From: Azolla caroliniana
Taxonomy: Eukaryota; Plantae; Polypodiophyta
Assembly: GCA_043228905.1 (NCBI GenBank)
Contig: JBHGNT010000007.1
Location: 11,222,001 to 11,286,000 of the forward strand
Direction: 5' to 3'
Length of the DNA stretch: 64,000 nt
The notes beneath the pieces are model-generated. The model searched no databases, was not told the DNA's origin, and saw nothing but the letters and a program-made list of their open reading frames with translations. The position numbers and the translations under genes were made by a program. Below are positions 38,001-51,702 of this stretch, in pieces. The first letter of the stretch is position 1; every line of letters starts with the position of its first letter.

Positions 38001-40830
38001 CCAGCCGACTGAGCCATAAAGCTTCTTTTGCCACGTCGGACGCAACTACATATTCCGCTTCGGTCGTTGAGGTGGCTGTGCACTCCGGAAATTTTGACTT
38101 CCACGAGATTGCTCCATTGCTGAATTTGAAACAATATCCGGTTGTTGATTTCCGATTGTCCACACAGCTGGCGAAGTTCAAGTCGGTGTAACTGACTACG
38201 CCTGAGGTTGAGTTCGGGCTGAAAAGAATGTCGTGGTCTATTGTGCCAGCTAGATATCTGAACACATGCTTGAGTGCGTTCTAGTGCGATCGGCTGGGGT
38301 TGTGCATGAATCTGCTGACGACTCCTACGGCGTGAGAAATATCAGGCCGTGTCGCGACCATCGCGTACATGAGGGAGCCAATTGCCGGTGCATACGGTAC
38401 TAACTTCATATCTTCCCCCTCCGGACTGGATGTCAGACAATCTCGCTGAGACAGCCGAAGGTTGATGGGGAGCGATACTGACTTCATATCTTCCCCCTCC
38501 GGACCGGATGACAGACGATTTCGCTGAGACAGCAGAAGGTTGATGGGGAGCGGGGTTGAAGCAGACTTGGCTAATTGCATATTGAAGCGTTCTAAGACAC
38601 GCCCGATGTAGTCGGTTTGAGACAAGAAAAGTTGTCGTGTATCGCAATACCGACTAATCTTCATACCAAGTAGGTGTCTTGTCAGATCGAGGTCCTTCAT
38701 GGCAAACTTCAACCATAGTTGCCGAACGAGTTCGGTGAGCTCTCCAGCATGCCAACCGGAGAGTAGCATGTCGTCCACGTAGATGATGAGGAAGACGGGA
38801 GACCCGTCTTGAGTAATTTTGGTGAAGAGACAGTGGTCCTCATCGCTATTTGAGAAGCCGACCGATTGGATGAAGTCGTTGAACTTCTTGTACCACTATT
38901 GGGGTGACTGCTTTAGGGCATTGAGACTCTTCTTGAGTCGGCAGACTAGATGTTCCTGCCCGAATGCCACAAAGCCTTTCGGCTGCTCCATATAGTTTTC
39001 CTCCTGTAGGTCACCATGGAGGAATGCCGTTTTTACATCTAGCTGAATCAGCTCCAAGTTGTCGGCGGGCACGACGCTGAGCATGAAACAAAGGGTCGTC
39101 ATTTTCACCACTGGTGAAAAGATTTCGTCGAAGTCGACGCCATATTCTTGTCGAAATCCCTTCGCAACTAATCTGACCTTGTACTTTGGGGTGGTCAAGT
39201 CGGACGTCTCTTTTAGTCGATAGATCCACTTACACGGAAGAGCACGTCGATTCTTCGGTAATTCGACCAAGTCCCAAGTCTTGTTTGCCCGAATGGAGTG
39301 CATTTCTGACTCCATCGCCAGATGCCATGTGGCTGAATCGGCAGATAACGATGCTTCTTCGTAAGACGTCGGTTCGCCGACGTCGGTTCGGAAAATTCCG
39401 GGAGAGTACCTCTCTGGAGGTTGCGACAGTCTCTCGGATCTACGAGGTATGATTGGACTAGTCGCACTGGGTGTCAATGTCGGATGGTCGGGAGCCGAGC
39501 CATTCAGCTGTGCCGAATCGGTGGATTTGGTGCGAGAGTTGTCGGTTACCCGTGAAACCGATCTCGTGTTGTGGATTGGGCCGTCATGAAGGGTTGGCAC
39601 TTCAGAAAATATTACCCTTCGGACTTCAATAGGCCTTTCGGCCGTTTTATGCATAGCCGACTCATTGAACACGACGTCTGAACTTCAGACGATTTGTCTG
39701 TGCTCGGGGTCCTAGAGTCAGTATTCGATCTTGCCGTTGGGTCCATATCCAAGAAAAACACATTTCCTTGACCTTGGTTCGAGTTTCCGGCGGTCGTCTT
39801 TTGGTATGAGAGCATACGCCTCGCAACCGAAGATCCTTAGTTTATCATAATTCGGGTTACTGCCAGTTCATATTTCTTGAGGTAATTGAAGTCCTAGAGG
39901 TCTACTTGGCGACATATTTATTATGTGTACTGCCGTAAGTAGAACCTCCACCAAGAAGCCATCCGACAATCCGGAGTGTTGGAGCATGGATACTACGCGT
40001 TCTTGATTCGTCCGATTCATGCGTTCAGCAATTCCGTTCTGCTCTGGACTATAGGGTCCTGTATATTCACGTCGAATGCCGCGTTCTCTATAGAATCTGA
40101 CGAATTCTTCAGACTTGAATTCTCCTCCATTGTCGGTTCGGAGACATTTCCGTTTCCGACCGGTCTGATTTTCGACCATTGCAAGCCATTATGAGAAGAT
40201 CGAGAACACCCGATCTTTGGTTCTGATGGGGTAAGCCCACACTTTCCGAATCGAGTCCTCAATAAAGCTGACGAAGTGCATCGGGCCAAGATGTCCGAGT
40301 GGACCAAATCGAGGGGACTCGATTCTCTTGGTGTTGATGTCGGGTGTGATGTGGTTACCTGTTTGCCGTACTGGCAATGCTCGCAGAATTAGTGATCCGA
40401 GAAGGAGAGTTTGGGGATGTAACCGGCTCTGGATAGGTGCGTTATGCCGGCCTTGCTGAGGTGTCCAAGTCATCCGTGCCATAACAATGACACGGGGATA
40501 TCGACAAAAAGTAAGTCACCCTCTTTGACTGTGACATATAAAGGATACAAGGAATGTACCTTTGGTCCTTGAGCAAGCAGGACGTTCCCTTTGTGGAGTC
40601 TCCACCCTCCTGATGAGAATCCGGCACGGATGCCGGCTTCCTCAAGTTGTCCGACTGAGATCAAGGGTCTTGAAAGCTCAGGAACGTGTCGGACGTTGTG
40701 TAGTACGAGTGTAGAGCCTCCCGGAAGATTGAGCTCTACGGTGCCGATTCCGATTATAGCACAGTGCTGCGAGTTTCCGACTCGAACTGAGTCGGAGTGC
40801 TGGTCCGAGTATTGCCGAAACTGAGATCGG

Positions 40831-43800
40831 TGTCTTGAAGATTTTCGGCAATGGTGTGAAAATCACATAAAATGTACAAAATCGAGTGTGAATCACATAA
40901 AACAATAATAGTGAAGTATCTAACTACAAAATGATGGAGGTGTTCAAGAGCTTTCGAATGCACTTTATTAGACGAGAAACAAACAACTAGATGTCAAGAT
41001 ATGAGGGTATAAAGTTTGTGAAAGGAAAAGAGAAAATTGTGAGATATCCCACATAGGCACGACAAATAGGGCTCTCATCATATATAAGGTAGACCAAAAG
41101 TTATTATCTTTGTATCTATGTGTGGAGCATAGAGAGTTCAAGGTAACTTGAACTAAGAGTGGAGGTGGCCTAGCTACTTGTAAAAGGTTTTGGCCAACCA
41201 AAACTGGACCGGCGATGGAGCCGGTGATCCGGTGGAACCGGCATCAACTACCGGTAACTGACGGCATCCGACGGCAACCGGCGGCCAAATTAATAAATAA
41301 ATATCACATATATATACACAAGGAGGACAAATGAAGATTCGAACCTTGCACCTCCTAGGTAAGAGTCAATAGGCTTACCACTAAGCCATTACATTTAGTG
41401 AAATTTATATTTTTATCATTGTAGTTTTACATGGAAATTCTCATACATGAGAGCTAAAATAAGTGACATGGTGGTTATCATGCACCACATGTAATACATG
41501 AGCGCCAAATGGAAAACATGCATTTTATGCATGTCTTGTACCCTCACATGCATCATATGCATGAGAGCATCTATAAAAGAAGGGATGAAAAAGAAGAAGG
41601 GTGAGGCTTTTTTTGGTTATGAAATTAAGAAGAAGAGAATTCGTTATCGAATTGATCGTGTAACTTGTTTCTTAAAATCTAAAATCAAGAGTTCAATCTT
41701 AATCTCTCTCAATCTAAAGTCAAGCGTTCTATTCTATCTCAAGCTCTCTCTCTCTCTTTCAATCTAGCTTAAGTACTTTCTCGCAAAAGCTTGCGCCAAC
41801 TTCAAGTCATTCCGGTCCAGAACCCCGGCGGTTCCGCCTCACGATCCGTGCGTAGTGACGGATCTTCACGACATAATTAAGTGGTGAACCTGACGTGAAC
41901 AAGGCGGTAGGAAGGATCAAGCTGAGATTAATACTTGGAGATGGCATCCTCAAGTAATCAAGCGGGAGAGCTCGAAAGGATGATGCTAATCGTCGAGCAA
42001 ATGATGAGATCTCGGGACAACGACGCGAGCGTGGAGAAGGCTATCAATCATGTCGTAGAGCTCGAGGGCCAATTCGATGGAAGGAACGTTACGAAGTTCC
42101 TTGACACATATAGAAGGGAGATGAATCAGAGGGACGTGTCTGAAGCACGTCAAATCGCAAGCTTCAAGAGAGTTTTCGCCAACAACATCCAAAGACGTGT
42201 CATCAAGCTTCAAGAAGGTAAGACAACATGGTCCGAGTTCGAGAAAATGATACTAGCGGAGTTCGCGACTGAAGACTCAATGAGGATGACTCGACATGCC
42301 TTGATGAAGTGGATAGAGAAGAAGAATAAGAAGGTGAGCGCCTCGAGGGTGTACGACGAATTCAACCAGATGTTTAGTCGTCTCCCCAACACGGACCAAT
42401 TGTTGGTTGAAGAGGACAAGACTTTGTACTTCCTGAAGGCTGTGGACATGAAGGATAGACGGGAGTTGGGGACTCTTCTCGAAGATGATACCCAAGCGAA
42501 CGGGCTTGTGGCGGACTGGGTTGCGGTAAAGCGAGCATGCAATAGGCTCGACAAGCGTCGTCAGTGGGTTGATGACACCGACTTGGTGGGATCAACTGTT
42601 GCGGAGAAAACAAGACAACAGAAAGTAGCTGAGCCGCCCAAACAAAGCAGTCCGGAAGAAAAGAAGATTGATGACGACATCATTGAAGAGCTAGCAAAGA
42701 AGTTCGAGAAGGTCACACTAGCCAACATGAATCGTCGGGGGCCCAAAGGAAAAGAACCCTTTAGATGTGTGTGGTGCGATAGCGTGGATCACATGAGAAG
42801 GGATTGCGCGAGCCTTCGAGAGGCGGTCCGACAAAATATCATGTACATAGATGACAACATGATTTGCTTGAGCGAGACTAGAAGACCCCTACGGGTGAAT
42901 TTCGGAAGAGGAGGAATGAAAAAAGCTATGGAGGATGCCGATGCGACTCATGTGGATGCGATGCACTATGTTGTGTCGACCGGAATAAGAGTCGGGAAAG
43001 ACAGAAATGAAGCTGCGAAAGTGGGAGCCAAGTTTTGGTCTTCTGTTCTCGAGTATGAGAAGATGGGGAAGGTCACATCGAACGAGGTAGAGCTTGCGGA
43101 CCGAAGCGTGCAAAACATAACCGGGTGGTCGGATCCGGTGGACGACAACACCATACTCACGGAGGTGATGTGCGACAACCACGAGGTGTTCGTCGAAGAA
43201 AAGAGAAAAAGAATAGAAGAGCAAGGACCATCAAAAAGACATGAAACAAGGAATGCGAAAAAGAAGGACGATGCGGAGACGAGTCGACCTTTACAAATGG
43301 AGGAACGAGAATCAAGCCGAAAAGGGGAGCCGAGCATACGAGTTGAAGAAACGGTTCGGCCCATGAAGGTTGGTGTCGAAGACCCCGCTCGGAGGACAAG
43401 GACTATACCTACCTATAAGCTAAGGTCGGACATAGAGCAGACGACGGACCTAAAGAAGATTCTCGAAGAACGAGTTCTTGATAGCCACGTAACTTTCTCC
43501 TTGAGGGAATTGCTTGGCATTATGAAGAAGGAGTTCCATGACACAATCGTGGACCTTGTAAAGAGAAAGAGACAACAATCGGACGAGGAAGAAGAGAAGC
43601 CATAAAAAGCAAAAACAAATGCCATAACGATGGCAAGAGACGAAGTCGATGAAGATATGGTGGATAGCCACAACTCGACCTCATTGGGCACGAGCGACAA
43701 CGGAGACACCGGTGAAGATTGGGGAGAAGAAAGAGACCGTGGTAGCTTTGATCGACCACGGCTCAGAGATCAACCTCATGTCAACCGACTTCTACAAAAA

Positions 43801-46800
43801 AGGAAGATGGCCAATCAATACAAACCATGGATGGAAGATTCGCGCGGCAACAAAGTCTATGGAGGACTTGTACGGAGCTTGTCCCAATGTCAAAGTCACG
43901 ATCGGGGATGTGGAGATGGATCAACACTTCTTCGTGCAAGAATCGGCGTCACATCCTGTCATCCTAGGGCAACCGTATATCACATCATCTCGGATGGAGA
44001 CCAAAGTGTTCGATAATGGAGCAGCCTTCGCACGAATAAAGAGTCTTGACAACCAAAGATCGGTCCAATTCCTAACGGTGCGAGCCAATCATGAAAGGAA
44101 TCGAGATAGTCTCGGAGGCGAATCCTCGGATTTTTAGAGCGGACTATTGAAGCATGGGGCACAAATAGTCTGAGCAATCACAATATCCCACAAGAAAGAA
44201 GAGTGCGTGGATTGCGAGGAGAAGCAACATGTGTCACACCTAGTGGCGCATGTAAACTAGTACTACCTGACAAGAAGGACAAGCGTCAGATGCAAGAATT
44301 CGAGAAGATGCTGAAAGAAGAAAACATAATAGAAGAAGGAGAGTTCATGACTCATATTATGGAAGAAGCCTCATTTAACGACACCATCGGCGAAATCGAG
44401 GACGTCGTGGACTTGAGCTATCTTCACGACCAACGCATGATTTCGGTCAACATGTACACTATGATCGATGAATACCGTCGTGGCATCTCGATGAAGGAAG
44501 CTGACATCAACACGAAATATAAAACGGTGGATAAGAAGATCAAGCCAGTTGCGGTTCCGCTACCGGAGGATAGCTGGCAAAAGATGAAGGAAGTCGCTAA
44601 CGATCCAAGCTTAAGAGATCCGAAGACGATAGGTCATGTCTTCACCAAAGAGACGAAGGGGAAGCTACAAGTTGGAAAGGAGGATTTCCTTCTCCCTGAA
44701 GAGGAGCGAATGTTTCGCAATATACTTGAGAGACGTGGGAAGGCTTTCGCATTCTTCCCACGAGAAATTGGATGCGCCGACCCAAAGGTTATAGAGCCGA
44801 TGGTGATCTTCACGGTGCCTCATGTGCCTTGGAATTTGAAACCGATATCGGTTCCGAGATCACACCTTCCGAAGCTGATCGAGCTCTTAAAGGAGAAGGT
44901 GAGTATGGGAATTCTAGAACCGTCGAATGCTCCTTATTCCAATAGGTGGTTCACGGTGCCGAAGAAGAATGGATCATTGCGATCCATCCAAGATCTTCAA
45001 CCCGTCAACAAGGTGACAATTCGAAATGCCGGAATTGGTCCGAGCGTGGATGAATTTGCCGAAGCGTTTGCGGGCCGGTCCATCTACTCCATTGGCGATC
45101 TCTACTCCGGATATGACCAGTTCCAATTGGCGATCGACAGTTGGGACATTACAACCATGAGGACTCCGATCGGGCTTGTGCGGATGTGTACCTTACCCCA
45201 AGGTGCAATGAACTCGGTGCCTCATATGGTGAATGCCATGAATAAAGTCTTGAAGGATTGCATCCTGGACATCACGATGCCATTCTTGGATGATATTCCG
45301 ATAAAAGGATGTTCGGATGAGGAGAAAGATGAATCGAAAGATAAGGAAGGTTGTAGAAAGTTCATTGCGGATCATATGAAAGATTGTGAGAAGGTGCTTC
45401 AAAGGCTCGAAGATGTGAATTTGACATTTTCGGGAGAAAAATCCGCATTCGGGAGAAAAATCCGCATTCGGGCAACCAGAGACCTTGGTGGTAGGTCACT
45501 TACGTGGGGCATATGGCCGGAAGCCTTCGCCATACAAAGTGAACGCGATCCAAGACATGAAAGAAGAATGTGAAAATCAAACGGAGGTTAGAAGGTTCCT
45601 TGGAGCATGTGCATTTTATCATATCTAGATTCCGCACTACGCTCATGTCGGTGAACCATTATATGGACTACTAAAGAAAAGAATGAAGTTCGAATGGCGA
45701 GACGAGCACACAAATGCGATGCGAAGATTGAAGAAACTGCTTCTTGAAGCTTCGGCACTAAGGAAGGCCGACTATGCCAAAGGGAAGCCGATTTACGTGA
45801 TTGTAGATACGAGCCCAACTGGAATCGAGTGGGCCATCAATCAAGAAGGAGAAGATAATGCGCGATATGCCATCTGGTTCGGAGCAAAGGTTCTCAGTGA
45901 ACGACAACAAAGATATGCCCAAGTCAAGCGGGAACTTTGGGGTATTGTGTCGGTAGTGAAGATGAACAAAGATTACTTGATCGTGTCGGAAGTGATAATA
46001 GAGACATATTGTCTCTCAATTCTCGGAATGGTCTTGGGATGTGCAACCCTAGATCTTGCTATGCTAAGGTGGATCACCTACATCAAGTCTTTAAACCCAG
46101 AGATCCGTCACATTGCAGGGAAGAAGAACGCCATGGCTGACATGCTGTCGAGGGCAAGATTTGAAAATGGAAGCGACATGGTTTCGAAAGATGAAGATGT
46201 CACCCTCGACTTCTTCAAGATGGCTCGATTATCGGCGGAAGACCAGGACACGCAAACCCTCCACGCCTTCAACGAGAATGAGTACGAAGGAGAGTGGTTA
46301 CTGATTGGTAGTTTCCTAAGAACATTGACGGCAAATGCTTCGTTGACAAAGGAGGAGGCCCTACGAATCCGGAAGAAAGCTTACCGATACTTCTTGAAGG
46401 GAGGATTCCTTTGGTGACATCCAAAAAGAAGGAAAAGAATACCACATCGAGTGGTGGTGAAGAAAGAAGAGCAGGAGATGTTGATGACCGAATTCCACGA
46501 GAGTGCTTGGGCAGGTCATAGAGGAACATGGGCGACGTTCAAAATGTTGAAGGAGAAATACTAGTGGCCAAGCATGTACAAAGATGTACTCCATTTCATG
46601 TCCACATGCAAAACTTGCCAAATATATTCAGATATACATCATCGCGATGAGTTACAGCCGACATACACACTCACCATACACTTCAAATGGATGGTGGATC
46701 TGGACTCGATGCCAATGGGAGTGAGACAAATGAAGTACTTAGTGTTGGCAAGGGAAGACTTGACAAATCAAGTGGAAGGACGAGCCTTGACAAATAAGAC

Positions 46801-48620
46801 GACTTCAACCGTTTGCAAATTTTTGCTTGAAGAGGTTGTTTGCCGATACGGATGTGTGGGGAAGATAGTGGCCGACCGAGGGGAGTTGGATGCACACGAA
46901 GCGACAGAGCTCTTCAAATGAATAGGCGTGAAGCTCTCCCTCACGATTGCCTACAATCCAGAAGCGAATGGGAAGATCGAGCGAGGGCATGGACCTATCG
47001 TTAAAGCCATCGTACGGGCATGCAACGGTTGAGTCGGGAATTTGCCACGACTATTACCCTATGCCTTGTGGGCCGATAGAAGGACACACAGTTCGGTGAC
47101 GGGGTATATGCCGACGGAGCTTATGTATGGACAAAAGCCGGTTATGCCCATTGAAAGGATGATCACCTCATGGGTAGCGATACCGTGGGAGAATGAGATG
47201 AGCCGAGAAGAATTATTAGCGGTGCGGATAAGGAAACTTGAAAGAAGACCTGAAGATCTAGAAAAAGCGCGAAAGATGATGGAGGCAACCCGAGTAAAGA
47301 ACAAAGTTCGGTTTGACAACACGCATCAACTTCGTCCCAAGAAGATTGAAGAAGGAGATTGGGTTTTGGTTTACGACAGCAGCCTTGACAATCAACACAG
47401 TACAACAAGAAAGTTCGCAAGAAGATGGTTCGGGCTGTATGTGGTGACAAGTGCCAACGATAATGCCACATACCACCTTGCGGAGCTAGACGGATCAAGG
47501 TTGGCCGTACCCATTGCGGGAAAAAGAGTAAAGATTTTCAAGAAAAGACAAGACGAGAATCCTGACCTCGATCACCTCGACGATGAACATAATAGGGCGG
47601 ATGTAAAGGAAGACATGGAGGAATCTAATTGATCACCGTAGCCGAAATCTCACTTTCTCTCTTCTTGGCACGTACAGGAGGACGTGCGGTTTGGTGTGGG
47701 TGGATGTCTTGAAGATTTTCGGCAATGGTGTGAAAATCACATAAAACGTACAAAATCGAGTGTGAATCACATAAAACAATAATAGTGAAGTATCTAAGTA
47801 CAAAATGATGGAGGTCTTCAAGAGCTTTCGAATGCACTTTATTAGATGAGAAACAGACAACTAGATGTCAAGATATGAGGGTATAAAGTTTGTGAAAGGA
47901 AAAGAGAAAATTGTGAGATATCCCAAATAGGCACGACAAATAGGGCTCTCATCATATATAAGGTAGACCAAAAGTTATTATCTTTGTATCTATGTGTGGA
48001 GCATAGAGAGTTCAAGGTAACTTGAACTAAGAGTGGAGGTGGCCTAGCTACTTGTAAAAGGTTTTGGCCAACCAAAACCGGACCGGCGATGGAGTTGGTG
48101 GCAACCGGTAACCGGCGGCATCTGGCGCCGGAGAAGTGGTAGCCACCGGTAACCGGCGGCAACCGGCGGCCAAATTAATAAATAAATATCACATATATAT
48201 ACACAAGGAGGGCAAGTGAGGATTCGAACCTTGCACCTCCTAGTTAATAGTCAGTTGGCTTACCACTAAGCCATGACATTTATGAAATTTATATTTCTAT
48301 CATTGTAGTTTTACATGGAAATTCTCATACATGAGAGCTAAAATGAGTGAGATGGTTATCATGCACCACATGTAATACATGAGCGCCAAATGGAAAACAT
48401 GCATTTTATGCATGTCTTGTACCCACACATGCATCATATGCATGAGAGCATCTATAAAAGAAGGGATGAAAAAGAAGAAGGGTGAGGCTTTTTTTGGTTA
48501 TGAAATTAAGAAGAAGTGAATTCGTTATCGAATTGATTGTGTAACTTGTTTCTTAAAATCTAAAATCAAGAGTTCAATCTTAATCTCTCTCAATCTAAAG
48601 TCAAGCGTTCTATTCTATCT

Positions 48621-48681
<61 letters not shown>

Positions 48682-48794
48682 AATCTAGCTTAAGTACTTT
48701 CTCGCTAAAGCTTGCGCCAACTTCAAGTCATTCCGGTCCAGAACCCCGACGGTTCCACTTCACGATCCGCGCGTAGTGACAGATCTTCACGACA
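40831..48794 (+). mobile_element. Full-length non-chromovirus Ty3/gypsy element (Phygy/Selgy-like) inserted in the copia C protease
   Basis: LTRs at 40831-41873 and 47705-48794. 4-bp TSD tcgg at 40827-40830 and 48795-48798. PBS tggtgaacctgacgtga at 41882-41898, complementary to the tRNA-Trp 3' end. Domain order gag-PR-RT-RH-INT, no chromodomain seen. Confidence 0.95.
41941..47632 (+). pseudogene. gypsy gag-PR and pol (RT-RH-INT), disrupted
   Basis: Knuckle CVWCDSVDHMRRDC, protease LIDHGSEINL, RT DLYSGYDQF and FLDD, RNase H ADMLSR, integrase with a GPY/F-like WFGLYVV. Contains stops and frameshifts, including a 19-bp duplication at ~45429-45470. Confidence 0.93.
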
Positions 48795-51702
48795 TCGGCG
48801 AGGTGTCACATGATACGATGCGCCCGAGTCTAGGAGCCATGTCCTCGATTCCTCAGTCGTAAGCAAAAATTCTGATTCGACTAGGTTCTCTATGGACTGT
48901 ATGTTCGGGTCGGTTGTCAAAATTTCGGCTGAAGAACCGGCGTAGTTGACCTCCTCATGCCAGCTACTCTTCTGATCCACTCTCTAAGCTTTGTCAGTTT
49001 TTGCTTTGAGTGCCTGACAGTCGGCTTTGATGTGTCCCGGTTTCTTGTAGTAGTTGCAGATTCGGTTGTCCCGGGACTTGCTCCGGCTTCGCTGATTGTT
49101 CGGCGGTCGGGAAGAACTTCTTCCCTGGTTGTTCGATCAGTCGGTCAAACCTTGTACTACGTAAGCTTCATCTGTCGAGTCTTTGGCGAAAGACTTTCTC
49201 CGAGCTGCTTTAGTGAAGATTGCGCTCGTGACTTCGGAGTAATTAACGGCAGCCGTTGAAGCATTGCACACGGTTGTAATGAAAGTTTCCCATGAAGAGG
49301 GTAGACTACTCATGAGTATCATTGCTCTGAGTTCATCCTCGATTTCCGTCCCCTGAGACGAGATTTGGGAGCTTATGCTTTCGTACTCGTTGAGGTGTGC
49401 CTGAACCGAATCAGATTCTTTCATCCGCAAGTTGTAGAGGCGCCGGATCAGATACATCTTCGTTGTGGTAACCTTCTTTTCATAAGTAGCTGATAGTGTT
49501 TTCCAAAGTTCAAACGTTGTCGTGCATGATTGCACTGTGAAGTACACTGACTCCGACAAGTGCATCCGAATCGTGGCACAGATGATTCTGTCCAGCTTTA
49601 GCCACTCGGTTGTCTTGTATGCTTCTGGAGGATTTTCATTTTCAATCGGGTCTATCTGACCCTTGACTATGAGATAGTCCTGCATTTGTTCCTTCTAGAA
49701 GTTGAAGTTGGATCTGTCGAACCTCCTTAGACTCATCTCCCATGAGCCGGATGTTGATGCCATCTGGTTCAGCTTCTTTTCATAAGTTTCTGATAGTGTT
49801 TTCCAAAGTTCAAATGTTGTTGTGCATGATTGCATTATGAAGTACACTGACTCCGACAAGTGCATCCGAATCATGGTGCGAACGATTCTGTCCAGCTTTA
49901 GCCACTCGTTTGCCTTGTGTGCTTCTGGAGGATTTTCATTCTCAATTGGGTCTATCTGACCCTTGACTATGAGATAGTCCTGTATTTGTTCCTTCCAGAA
50001 GTTGAAGTTGGATCAATTTCGGTTGGTAAGACTCGGTTCGGAGTTGATTATGAACCTTAGTGGGGTGCAGTCGGTCGCCTCACCCGATGTCGTTCTAGTC
50101 GGTTTTGAACCCGAGTCAGTTTGGTTTCGGATACTTGTTGTTGAATCTGCTAACTTGAGGGATAGAACCGGCTGGTCTTCCTGAATGTTGCCGAGTTAGA
50201 GTGAGCCCGATCAGCTTCCGATTGTATGCTGAATACCGATTACACTAAACCGATTGTTTGGGCTGATTCTACTTCGGATGACTGCAGGGATGAGAGGGAC
50301 GGATCCAACTGATCCTCCCGAATGTCGATCAGCCGAGTGAAGCACGAAGTGGTTGTTGCCAGGGGACCAATCTGCAACGGGTGGTTACAGCAAGCGGGTG
50401 AATAGCGTCTGGTGACCTATTCGGATGTTGTTTAACCAAATGAAGCACGATTGGGTCGGTTGTTGCTCAAGGAGCTCCCCTCAAGCGGTTACAATAACAG
50501 GAATAGAGAACAACCGACTGGCTTACTCCAATTTGTGATTTAACACAGTGAGATGTGAGCTTTTTGTTTTTCTCCCTTCTCTGTTCTTCAAAGAAAACGA
50601 AAACAGAATGTTGTGTTGTGCGATGACGGCCGACAACGGGTTGAAGAACCTCCAACGCTCTGATACCAAATGTTGCGGACAAGGTCGTCAATGCGGAAGT
50701 GCAAGCAACATTCGTGATGAAGAAGAAACTGTGTATGCATGAGCAAGATAGACATAGAGGGAGAGAGAGAGAGAGAGAGGCACAAAGGAAACGTTATATT
50801 CCAAATAGCAATTGTTACAAATGACAACCAACCTTCACTAAAGGTTACAAAGTCACTTTATATAGTGACTATCCTAGGGCAACTGCCCTTTATGCTATTT
50901 ACAGAAATAGCCCGAACTTGGGCTGTCCAAAGGGACAGTAACACCGGGTCATTTGAAACAGGTAATATGTCGTATTCTCTTTTGGCATAGTTGGCCAGAT
51001 GTAGAAAAGTACCCTATTTTAGCCTGATATCGAAAATATACGATGCATGCGTACCGCTTTTGCGACTTGATGGTTAAATATAGAACAAAAAAAACCTAGC
51101 AATTACTAAATTGTATATGTGTCCACATTCGTGTCAATTTGCATATCATGGAGCACAATTGAAGACTTGGTTCAATATAAAGTTCTAAAATTGGTATCCA
51201 TATTCAAATTGTAGAGTAAAACTACATAAACCGTAATTATAAATATGTGGTTTTGGGTTTAGGAATAAAGTAGTACCCCACTTATTGGACGGGTATATCG
51301 ATAGTTTCATTGTATAATGTCATATAGTTCATGACAATGTAATTGGTAAGAGTAACAATTACGTACGACATTCATTTATACTATGTGGAACCAGTAGACT
51401 TGAACCGTAGGTAACTAAAAACCTCTTATTATCAAAAACATTCGCCTTTTCATATACAGTCATGCTAACGGAAATGAGAAATTACAATATCATGTTAATA
51501 TCTCAAACTGAAGAAGAGCATGGTGACCAATTATATGTAAATACAAACAACGGTTCCAATAATGATTAAAAAGGGAAATTATGAACAGGTGAATTTAATT
51601 AAACGATAAACAATTACAGATGTTCTCATATACAAATATAATATGAAGTGATGGTGAACATTATGCCTCAAAATCCTCAATTTTTACATTACGCCATCTA
51701 CA

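Larger units (their letters stand above)
37218..50939 (-). mobile_element. Copia C, near full length, decayed
   Basis: LTRs at 37218-37519 and 50671-50939 (the second lacks its last ~33 bp; 6 mismatches in 269 bp). PBS gctctgatacca at 50657-50668. PPT ctccccc at 37520. gag at 49137-49685, protease split at 48795/40830, then integrase, RT and RNase H. Confidence 0.92.
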
